A DNA stretch of 64,000 nucleotides from Octopus sinensis (Eukaryota), in contig NC_043009.1 in NCBI RefSeq assembly GCF_006345805.1, forward strand, positions 56,234,001 through 56,298,000, given 5' to 3'. Below, piece after piece: positions 35,048-45,477 of this stretch (position 1 is its first letter; every line of letters begins with the position of its first letter). The position numbers and the translations under genes were made by a program. The notes beneath the pieces were generated by a model. It was not told the origin of the DNA and ran no database searches. It saw only the letters and a list, made by a program, of their open reading frames with translations.

Positions 35048-35218
35048 TATGAGCTGCATTAGCTAACAGCTGTTTCTGCTATAAGCTGTAGTGGACACAA
35101 AGTTGTATGCCTGAGTATCACCTTATAGCATCATTGGAGCTTCAAATATGAAGGTGATACTCTGGCACTCAACTGAGTATCATATAGCCGAAACAGCTGT
35201 AAGCTAATGCAGTTCATA
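35048..35218. repeat. Inverted repeat of two hammerhead-like modules (Penelope-type relic)
   Basis: tatgagctgcattagctaacagctgtttctgctata is the reverse complement of tatagccgaaacagctgtaagctaatgcagttcata; inner gagtatcacctt/aaggtgatactc. Confidence 0.8.
35061..35141 (-). ncRNA. Degenerate type-I hammerhead ribozyme motif
   Basis: Minus strand: AGCT-CCAATGA-TGCTATA-loop-TATAGCA-GAA-ACAGCTGT-T-AGCT. All three stems are present; the core CUGAUGA carries two transitions. Confidence 0.55.
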
Positions 35219-35298
35219 AGATAAGTGTTTATTCCTTTGACATTTCAATTTCTGATATATATATATATATATACACACACACACCTATATATATATAT

Positions 35299-35666
35299 TC
35301 TTTTATTTGTTTGTCATTTGACTGCGGCCATGCTGAAGCACCACCTTTAGTTGAACAAATCGGCCCCAGGACTTATTCTTTGTAAGCCTGGTACTTATTC
35401 TATCGGTTTCTTTTGCAGAATCGCTAGGTTATGGGGATGTGAACACACCAACATTGGTTGTCAAGCGATGATGGGGGGACAAACACAGACACACATATAT
35501 ATACGACAGGCTTCTTTCAGTTTCTGTCTAACAAATCCACTCACAAGGCTTTGGTCGGCCCGAGGCTATAGTTGAAGACACTTGCCCAAGGTGCCATGCA
35601 GTGGGACTGAACCCGGAATTATGTGGTTGGTAAGCAAGCTACTTACCACACAGCCACTCCTGCACC
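35299..35666 (-). mobile_element. SINE family A
   Basis: Reverse-complement copy. Confidence 0.8.
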
Positions 35667-36048
35667 TATGTATATATATATATATATTATGAAATCATAG
35701 TTGTGGCCGATACCAGTGCTGTCTGGCTGGCACCCATGCCAGTAGTACATAAAACGCACTGTTCATGGAGGCAGTAATGTCAAGTGGAGTGTGAGCGTGG
35801 TCATGGCCAATGCCAGTGGCACATGAAAAAGTAGCCCAGATTCCATAGCATAGTGTAAATAGAGAAATTAATTTCCACACACGAAAAAGTAGCCAGCCTT
35901 CACTTGCAAGTGTCATAGCATTATTTCAACCACTTGTAAACTGCTGAACAAAGATGGTACACTAGTCATCTGTTGGCTACGTTATTCCCACCACAGCAGT
36001 TAATTGTAAGATTGAATGGAGTAAACATCTCTAGCTTTTTCTGCAAAA

Positions 36049-36414
36049 TGATGTACTCAATAGTGGAAAGAGAGGAGATTATGGAAGCATATGTGAGAAC
36101 ATGAAATTTTTGATTTCAAGTTTCTGGGTAAAAGCTTACCAGCGAAGAGAATGATACAAATGTTGGTTAAGTTGCACAACGCTCCAAAACAAAGAGATCC
36201 TACAGTTCGAATGCTGGAAGTTATTCAGGACATTTGCCAAAGGGTTGTTGAAAGTCCAAACGAGTCAACATGTAAATTGGCACAGCAGTCTCACATAAGC
36301 AAGAGGTCATGCCAACAAGTATTGAAAAGTCTAAAGCTGAAGCCATATCATTTCACATGTTCACAGCAATTAAAAGTGAATGAGAAAACTAAACGAGTAA
36401 ATTATTGCACATAG
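36049..36414 (+). pseudogene. Tc1/mariner-superfamily transposase N-terminal remnant (maT/rosa-like HTH region)
   Basis: MMYSIVEREEIMEAY* ... VVESPNESTCKLAQQSHISKRSCQQVLKSLKLKPYH..QQL..KRVNYC resembles the SPxxSxRxLA..LKLxPYK..L..R..FC pattern of these transposases. Confidence 0.6.
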
Positions 36415-36564
36415 TTTCTGAATAGCAGTTATAAGTGGTCAAAGTAACACAATGACACTTGCACAGAAAGGGCTGGTACTTTTTCATGTGTGAAATTTAT
36501 TTCTATATTTACACTATGATATGAAACCTGGGCTACTTTCTCATGTGCCGCTTTGTATATCGTC

Positions 36565-36930
36565 ATAGCACTCCGTCGGTTACGACAATGAGGGTCCCAG
36601 TTGATACGATCAACGGAACAGCCTGCTCATGAAATTAACATGCAAGTGGCTGAACACTCTACAGACACATGTTACCCTTAATGTAGTTCTCGGGGAGATT
36701 CAGTGTGACGAGGCTGGTCCTTTGAAATACAGGTACAACAGAAACAGGAAGAAAGAGTGAGAGAAAGTTGTGGTGAAAGAGTACAGCAGGGTTCGCCACC
36801 ACCCCTGCCGGAGCCTCATGGACCATAGGTGTTTTCGCTCAATAAACACTCTCAATGCCCAGTCTGGGTTATCAAAACTGTGGTCCTACGACCGCGAGTC
36901 CGCTGCCCTAACCACTGGGCCACTGCACCT
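36565..36930 (-). mobile_element. SINE family D
   Basis: Reverse complement of the 6462 element. Confidence 0.72.
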
Positions 36931-37098
36931 CCACTTTGTATATAATTTAAAAAGAAAAGTAAAAACAAATAGAATTCAGATAAAATGCACTACATTTTTA
37001 ATATCGCTTTAAAATATTTAAGTGACTTTAAAATTATTCTCAAGAAAGTTTTAAAAAGACAGTTTCACCATGTCATCAAGAATATTTTTAGAATCATA

Positions 37099-37133
<35 letters not shown>

Positions 37134-37161
37134 AAATATGTATTTTGAAAAATATATGTGT

Positions 37162-37704
37162 CTAACTCAAGTTGTCTACAATGTCACACATTATTTTGTC
37201 CAAACCATCACAAGGTTCAATGTCCATTGGTTTACTTTCAGATTTGTCCTTTGCCTGTAGTATTTCACTTGAAGTCATAGCCTTGCATTCCATTGCATCT
37301 GCATCAGGCAGAGCTTGTAAAGACTTGAGAATTAGTTCTTTGACACCATCAAGATGTTTTTGAAATTTGTCAGCAATCTCTAATCGTTGGCGTTTTTGAT
37401 ATTCCATCATCATCCGAAGTGTTTCTCGTGCCTGGTGAGGACGGAATTCATTTATTAAATGGTGCATGTGAATAAAAAGCAAGTTCATATCATCCAGTTT
37501 TTCTGTACGTTTCGGAGAATCTGGAGCCCGAATGAGAATGTCAAGTAAGTCTAAGAAGTTGATCAAAATTGAATGATTTAATTTTTTCAGTTCTCGTTTG
37601 TGGTCGTAGTTCTGTGGGTAAAGGCGTCGGAAACCTTGTGTTTCTAAGGGTCGAATAATCGCATCATCTGCATTAAATGGCACTCCAAACATCATATAAC
37701 TGTC
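37162..37704 (-). CDS. MED7: MED7 second coding exon
   Basis: Acceptor at 37706-37705, TAG at 37164-37162; same frame as ORF-track 37162-37779. Confidence 0.95.
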   Translation of the reverse strand, partial: DSYMMFGVPFNADDAIIRPLETQGFRRLYPQNYDHKRELKKLNHSILINFLDLLDILIRAPDSPKRTEKLDDMNLLFIHMHHLINEFRPHQARETLRMMMEYQKRQRLEIADKFQKHLDGVKELILKSLQALPDADAMECKAMTSSEILQAKDKSESKPMDIEPCDGLDKIMCDIVDNLS

Positions 37705-39628
37705 CTTTAAAAGAAACAAAAAATATATAAAATTAGGTTGATGATAAATAAAATGTGATAAATTCTTTGAAAATAACAATAAAGAAAGGAAATGTCAATT
37801 CAGCCATTTTTCCATGTATGTGGTGGATGGAAACTTATCAAAGACAGTATCTCCTGTCCAGAAGCCCTTCTTGTCATTAACTTTTAACTATTTCCAAGTA
37901 AGGGCTTGTTCTTTTTTTTTTATTATTCCAGTTGCCATTGAAACTATAAAGAAACTGATTATAATGTTCAAGAAGGAATGTAAACATCACATCATGGTTT
38001 TGCTCACAGTGGTAAGTAAAACCATGGAACATCAACACTTATGCATGCAAACACACACACACACTTATAATGTTTGCAACAAAGTGGACTCTGCTGGAGA
38101 TACCCAGTAACTTTGAATGAATATGAATACATATATATATATATATAGGTGCAGGCATGGCTGTGTGGTTAAGAAGCTCACTTTGCAATCATGTGGTTTG
38201 GGGGTTCAGTCCCACTATGCAGCATTTTGAGCAAATGTCTTCTACTACACCTCAGGCTGACCAATGTCTTGTGACTAAATTTAGTAGACAGAAACTGAGT
38301 GGAAACCTATCATATATATATGCCTCCTCCCCCTGCTGCTTGGCAATGAATATTGGTTTGTCTATGTTCCCATAACTTAGCAGTTCAGCAAAAGAAATAT
38401 TGACAGAATAAGTACCAGGCTTAAAAAATAAGAACTGGGGTCGATTTGTTTGACTAAACCCTACAAAGCAGCGTTCTAGCATAGCTGCAGTCCAATGACT
38501 GAATCAAGTAAAAGATATGTTTCTTGGAGACATAATGGATAACTTAGACACACAGAGTTGATTAAAAGTAAAATTTTGTTTTTCTCTCTTTTAACTGAGA
38601 CATCAATTTAAAATACCGAGAAAAGACCTTTAACAGAAACCAGCTAAGGGTCTAAATAATTAACACTTCTGACACCAACCCACCCGAGACCACCCCTAGT
38701 TCTATGATACTAACTTCATTTTTTAAAGTGATCTCTGTCACAATCTACCATCAAATACCAGCTTAATAATGACAAAGTATTTTACTAAATTGGCTGTGTA
38801 GTAAATTTACTTGCCAACCGCATAGTTGTGTGACTCATTGGGCAAGTTCTACTATAGTCTCAGGCCAACCAAAGCCTTGAGTGAATCTGATAAATGGAGA
38901 CTGAAAGAAGCCCATCATATATAAATGTATATATCTACATGTGTTTGTCTTTGTGTATGTATTTGTCCCCCATCACTGCTTGACAACTGGTGATAGTGTA
39001 TTTACATACCCATAACTTAATTTGGCAAAAGAGACCAATAGAATAAGTACTGGGCTTAAAAAGAATAAAGCACTGCAGTTAATTTGTTTGACTATGCTCT
39101 TCAAGTGCCCCAGCAGAGCCACAGTCCAATGACTGAAACAAGCAAAAGATAAAAGAAAAGATTGGTTTCAAAATTAATTGAAACAAAAGGAGTTTATTTT
39201 AATAGAAATATAACAAAAACACTTCTTTATTCAGGTTCTTTCACGTTTGCATATTTTGATTTTCATTGTAGTTTTCAGATCAAAGTTCAAATAACATATT
39301 AACAGGATGACTAGGGTAAATAATACTCAAGTCACCTGCTACTACATGAGAAAATAAACAGTAAAGTGAAAGCAATACGCTGAATGGACTCGCTACAGAA
39401 GTATGTTGTTTTTCATATTAGCTATTTAAATATCACTAGAGACTGGTTTTAAATAAACAAGAACAAAAAAAAAAATTTATAAATCTTTGAGAAAAGAAGA
39501 TAAAATCTTACTTGAATCGGTGGAGGTGGTTGTGGCACTCTACCACGTTTGATGTGATCATCTGTGTACAAGCTGATGTATTGCATTGGAGGCAAAGGGA
39601 AAGAACTCACACCCTGTTGTTCAGACAT
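37162..39628 (-). CDS. MED7: Mediator of RNA polymerase II transcription subunit 7, 2 coding exons, 219 aa
   Basis: Exon 39628-39512 ([32 protein letters not shown]|gtaag) joins in phase 0 to exon 37704-37162 (tttaaag|[42 protein letters not shown]). Recognisable MED7 motifs. An acceptor AG 3 nt before the ATG implies an upstream non-coding exon. Confidence 0.95.
38148..38516 (+). mobile_element. SINE family A, degenerate
   Basis: Diverged head, body and tail. Confidence 0.65.
39512..39628 (-). CDS. MED7: MED7 first coding exon
   Basis: ATG at 39628-39626, 39 codons, donor gtaag at 39511. Confidence 0.93.
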
Positions 39629-40013
39629 TTCCTATAAAGTGAAATAAAATGTTTTTAAAATAATATATTGGAGCCTGTTGATTTAGCACAGAATCAATAA
39701 TGTTGCATTTAGTCTTTTATCCATGAGTGTGTAAGCATGCAGATGCAGTGCTTACATTATTATTATAAACATCGTCGTTTTAGCGTCCATTTTTCCAAGA
39801 CCACATGGGTTGATGGAATTCATTGAGGCAGATTCTCTACAGTCCAATGTCATCATTCATGTTGCCAAACACTGACATATTTCCAAGTAAAGTAATGTTT
39901 TCACAGAAGATTGTAAATGAAAAACACCTCTTGTACGATGGCATTTTGATTTTTTTTTTTTTTTTTGCAACTATTACTTAATGCAAACAGTGTGTTTGAG
40001 AAGCAAATTTTAA

Positions 40014-40233
40014 CCCTTTAGCATATAAAAAGGCTATATCCAGCCAAAATAATCTCCCAGTATTATCTTCAAACTGGCCAGATCTGACTTATCACACTTA
40101 CCCTACAATATTAGTCTAAGAGTAAACAATCACATCATTGAAATCTCAAAGTTACAAGGTAATGTATGACCAATTCATATCAATGTGAACAAACAGCATT
40201 ACATTTGACAGAGAAATCTGAATGTTAAAAGGG
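40014..40233. mobile_element. piggyBac-type MITE (CCCTTTAG family)
   Basis: TTAA CCCTTTAGCAT ... AAAGGG TTAA; shares internal aaactggccagatctg with 16480-16702. Confidence 0.72.
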
Positions 40234-40787
40234 TTAAACTACGCAACCACACCTGCAAGCATCTCACACACAACACACATAATAAACTGGAAGAGTAATA
40301 AATACTAGAAAGTGTTTAACAGAAGTTAAAATACAACTGACACCGCCATTAATGTTGGTGTAGAGTTTATGATGATATGTCACTCATATTTTGAATTCAT
40401 CAACATCATCATCGTTTAACATCCGCTTTCCATGCTAACATGGGTTGGACAGTTCAACTGGGGTCTGGGAAGCCAGGAGGCTGCACAAGGCCCAGTCTGA
40501 TCTGGCAGTGTTTCTAGCGCGTGTAGTGGGTGCTTTTTATGTGCCAGGCGAGGCTGGCAATGGCCACGATCGGTTAGTGCTTTTTACGTGCCAGGGGCAC
40601 GGAGGCCAGTCGAGGCAGCACTGGCAACGGCCACGTTTGGATGGTTCTCTTATGTGTCACCGGCACTGGTATCACAACTGCAATTGCCATTGATTTTTGA
40701 TTGATTTCAATTTCATCGATCAAAAATCAATGGAAATTATGATTTATATTATGTATACTGTCACTACAGTTCAGCTCTCATAAGCCC

Positions 40788-41099
40788 CAATCTTCTTCAG
40801 GTGTCTTTTGTTAAACTTGATTGTATCACAGTTTCAAACCTAACCCTTTATTTAAATCTATAGGGGTACCGCGTTCTCATTCCACTCTCTGTGTTTGTGA
40901 CATATTTTGCTTCAGTTGAATTATGTGAATTACTATAGTACCTTGTCTGAGATTGAACTCGGAACTTCTAGGTGACTATATTGCATTAACCAAAGTCTTC
41001 CTCTATTTGATCTACCCCTGCAGATCAAATAAAGGGTTAGGTTTGAAATTGTGAAACAATAACAACTAAATTCAATATAAGACACCTGAAGAAGACTGG
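40788..41099. repeat. Inverted repeat, ~80-bp arms
   Basis: tcttcttcaggtgtct..tttcaaacctaaccctttattt..agggg versus cccct..aaataaagggttaggtttgaaa..agacacctgaagaaga. Confidence 0.8.
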
Positions 41100-41289
41100 A
41101 GAATAGAACAGCCAAAATGTAGTGAAAGTAAGGATGAAGATAAGGACACCAGTCCAACTAATATAAGCAGTATATATAAGACAAGAACATCATCACTAAT
41201 TGAAAGACAGTTAGATCCATCTCAAGGTGCCTGTGAAATTATCGTTGTAGTTTGGTGTTAGCAAGCAAACAATATTGACTCACCTACTT

Positions 41290-42063
41290 CAAATCGATAA
41301 ATTGAAAAAGTTGGATAAGTGGGTTCCATATGAACTCATTGAAAATCAGAAACAGCAACGTTTGAAAGCCTGCATTGTGCTACTTTCTCGTCACAAAAAT
41401 GAATAATTTTTTTATTCGAATTGTAACATGTGATGAGAAATGGTTCCAATACAACAACCGTAAACGTTCAACACAATGGGCTGGACAAAGACGAACCACC
41501 AAAACACTGTCCAAAAAGCAAAATTCATCAAAAGAACTTGATGGTGTGTTTGGTGGTCTGGCGCAGGTGTGATCCATTATGATTTCATTAAACCTGGATC
41601 ATCAATCACGGCCGAAGTATACTGCAGCCAACTGGACCAAATGATGCAGAAACTTAGAAAAAAAAACAGCCTAGATTAGTCAACAGATCCACTACTATTT
41701 TATTGCAAGACAACGCCAGACCACACATCGTAAAAATGGCATTGGCGAAACTACAGGAGTTGGAAGTTCTCCATCATACACCATACTCACCTGATCTTGC
41801 CCCCACTGACCACCACTTCTTCCAGAATTTGGATAATTTTTGATAGGAAAAAAACTTAATGCTGTAAAACAAGCCTTCCGAGATTTTATCAAGTCTAGAT
41901 TGCCAGGCTTTTACAGTTCCGGACTGGACAAGCTACCGCTGATATGGCAAGAGTGTTTTGACAATATGGGTGCATACTTTGATGAATAAAACTATTCCTT
42001 GTATTTATAAAACATTAGCAAACTTTTTTTTCTTTTCTACAAATTTCATACTTGACGACCTAA
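41290..42063 (+). pseudogene. Mariner (DD34D) transposase remnant with 3' TIR-like end, 5'-truncated
   Basis: Frameshifted translation contains KWVPYEL, IVTCDEKW, QDNARPH, YSPDLAPTD..F and MGAYFDE*. Element ends ..gacgacctaa|ta. Confidence 0.9.
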
Positions 42064-43789
42064 TATATATATATATATAAAGACAGAGGCACATTCGTAT
42101 AGGTAAGCCATGTGTATTCCATTAAACCCTTAAGGCGGAGACCCAGCATGGCTGCCGTCCAAAGTAAAAAATAAAATGGCATACGTCATGTCAAAATTAA
42201 GGAAGCGAACACTAGGATGTTCTTTCGGTACTACTGAAATACAGAGGTCCCGACGCATCTACATAACCCTAACTAATAGTAAAACAACCCACTAACGGGT
42301 GTGCATTGTAAAAACATCGTTACGTAGATGCAGTGGGATCTCTGTATTTAAGTAGTGCCGAAAAGTATTCATTCATTCTAGATTGTGTACATTTTCTGTG
42401 TACCATGGAGAATAGGCGACATTTCGTTGGAGATGAAAATAATTTGTTCATTCTATTGAAAGTGAAGGGGTGATTGATTAACTCACATTTTGCATAAGTT
42501 TGAACAAGATTTTGATAGAACAATCGATGCGATATCAACATCACTTTACCATGTTTATAGATAATAAAATACCAAAATGACTACAGCTGAGTTTGAGAAT
42601 GATGCAGTGAACCTGTGAGATAAGTTTTAAGAAGGAAATAAACCAATCCTTATAAGAATTACTCCAGAGTTTTATGACATCTGATTAGAAGAATAAAAAT
42701 GAGATTTGTTTTTATTTCATTTGGGAAAATATTACAATAAAAGCCAGAAGAAAAAAAAACAATCCAGAGAAGTAACACAATTTACAAAAGTAAGGAAATG
42801 ATTTTGAAAAAACACAGGAAATCAGTCAATAAATTAAACAAAATAAAGAAGCATGCATAATTTTTATATCGTACATTCTGGTTCCTCTTTAAACATTTTG
42901 TTTTTCAGATAACTTAAAAGTATATAAATGTTAAGCGGCGTTAACTACAATTTATGCCTGTTAACCGTCGATTCACTGTTCCTTTATAAATCTCAGATCA
43001 TTTATGATATTGCATTATTTCTAGTCTCTCATACGATCAAGGCTTCTTGAATAAAAGCTCATGAAGCCGCTTAACATTTCCTGGATACGTTTAAACTGCA
43101 TACGAAAACAATTTGTCATGCTGTAAATACCAGACATTTAAAACCCAGAAATTTACAGATTTTCATAAGTGGTGCATTTATAAACTGGTGCATTTACATT
43201 AATCCGTTTTTATCAATTTTAAAAAACAAAATTACGAGGTTGCTTAAGTTTAATTAATCCAATTAAATTCAATGTGACACAAGGAAAAAGTGAATAACAA
43301 AAAAACTTACTAAATCGATGCAGTATAGAGTTCTTTGAGAACTCAGCAATCACCAAATTAAACAAGAAATAATGTGGGTAATAATCTCATTAAATCGATA
43401 CGAAATATTCAATTCAAAAAATAATTTTAGATCAAATAAAATCACCAGTTAAAGAAAAATAAACAACGATCGCAGATATTCAAGCAGGAACTAGAAAAAG
43501 AATGATGTCAGAACTAGCCGAGGAAAAGAAAAATTTTAATCTAAATTCATGCTTTTTAACTATGGAATGGTTATATCTAAAATATTACTTGAATTAAACT
43601 CTGGAAAAATATTTCAAAATATTTCAAAAATATTATTTTATCGTTTATATTTAATTTTTCTTTGTCGAATTTCGTCTTTATTTATACCATAGAAACAAAG
43701 CACCTGATTAACTGCGGTATACATTGCAAATAAACAAGTGCTTGACAACGAAAAAGTTATAGTATAAAGAAAATTTTCTAACTTCAAAT
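42064..43789. promoter_or_regulatory. Candidate shared promoter region between divergent MED7 and BBS7
   Basis: Head-to-head gene orientation; relatively repeat-poor segment directly upstream of the BBS7 ATG; MED7 needs an upstream non-coding exon. No TSS is visible from sequence. Confidence 0.45.
42223..42363. repeat. 44-bp-arm imperfect inverted repeat (hairpin or mini-MITE)
   Basis: Left arm ~42224-42267 versus right arm ~42319-42362; 37 of 44 positions complementary. Confidence 0.85.
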
Positions 43790-43825
43790 ATGGATTTGAA
43801 ACTTACTCGTATTGATTATACCCAG
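43790..43825 (+). CDS. BBS7: BBS7 exon 1 (coding part)
   Basis: ATG GAT TTG AAA..ACC CAG|gtaaa = [12 protein letters not shown]. Confidence 0.85.
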
Positions 43826-45390
43826 GTAAAATTTGACTTAATTGTTAAAATATGTACATTGGATTCTTTACGGTATTTTATTTTCAGTTTGTTATATTAT
43901 ATTCAAAGTAAGTTGAACTAATATATTCAAATAAAGGGACATAATCGTCGTCTGGTATCCAAGCTCTTAATTACACGTTTACCTGCGTGATAGTCTTGTG
44001 TCAAAATTAATTGGTACCTGGTTAAATAATAATGATAACAGTATTACTAATGCATAATAACATCTACATGCCACTTAGTTATTTATGAGCAAAGACTCAG
44101 TCAACTTGTGTGTTCTATTAGAAACGTCTTGATTTTTTTGTCATTTGTACAAGGCCATACATTTTGTTTGTTGGTTATTGTATATCACATAATAAAGACG
44201 GAGACTCCGTAGAAACTAATGATGTTTAGCTTCAGAAAAACAATAATATTGTTATGTCAAACAGTGGGATGTGTTTTCTCCTTATAGCATATACTACTGT
44301 TTGAAAAGTTCATAGACGATTACATCTAAGAGTCTATAAGAGCCTGAGTAGGGATTTAGTCGATACGTCGATCCTTAGATATATGGTTATATCAAGATGT
44401 TAGTCTTGTCTTGAATCACATTTAAATGGGCATGAAGGATTTGATAAGTATGTTTAGGAAGTTCATTCCTGCGTTATGGTAGACAATTTCTTAGACATAA
44501 CATGGGACCTGTTGACAGATAAATCTTTACAAGAAGCCAAATGGAAAGTTCATGTATTTAAATAACAATTCTAACTCATCTACCTCTGTACTTCATGTCG
44601 TAATATATTTGCAATAAAAGAATTCCAAATATATCTTCAAATTATGTGATAGTTGTAAAGGAGCATCACTGTCATTCACTGCCAATATTCTGCAAGAACT
44701 AAGGCGGCGAGCTGGCAGAATCGTTAGCACGCCGGGCGAAATGCTTTGCGGTATTTCGTCCGCCGCTGCGTTCTGAGTTCAAATTCCGCCGAGGTCGACT
44801 TTGCCTTTCATCCTTTCGGGGTCGATAAATTAAGTACCAGTTACGCACTGGGGTCGTTGTAATCGACTTAATTCGTTTGTCCCCTCTATGTTTAGCCCCT
44901 TATGGGTAATAAGAAAACAAATATTCTGCAAGAACATGTCTGACTATGAGAAATATTACCTTGCTCACAAGGGTTGGTGGCAGGAAGGACATCCATCTAC
45001 AGAAAACCTACCTTGTATATACTCCATCTGACCCTTGCATGCAGAAAAGTGGATGTTAAATGATGTTGATCATAAAGAGATGTTTGAGAAAACTGCCAAT
45101 TATTACAATAAGATATTAAAATATCAGAAAAATCAAACATGGAAATTATTTGTTTTTATTTCATAACATAATCCGTGAACACTAGCATCATTGGTCACAG
45201 GTTTCAAATGAGCTGCATAATCCTGTATTACCTGATTGATTATGCAATTCATGTCCTACTTTGCCTGATGTTTTCATCATCTCAGCAATAATCCTTGGTG
45301 ATCCAGATGATTTTCTTGCCTTGATATCCTTAATTGTGCTTTCAGCTGTATGACTGTCACCTTCAATAGCTGGTGTCTCTGTTGAGATAG

Positions 45391-45477
<87 letters not shown>

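Noticed and set aside
37705-37779. ORF-track N-terminus [10 protein letters not shown].. for MED7
   Set aside because: Intronic read-through upstream of the acceptor; the real N-terminus is the exon at 39628-39512.
43393-43400. DRE-like AATCGATA in the putative promoter
   Set aside because: 7/8 match in AT-rich DNA is not significant without conservation data.
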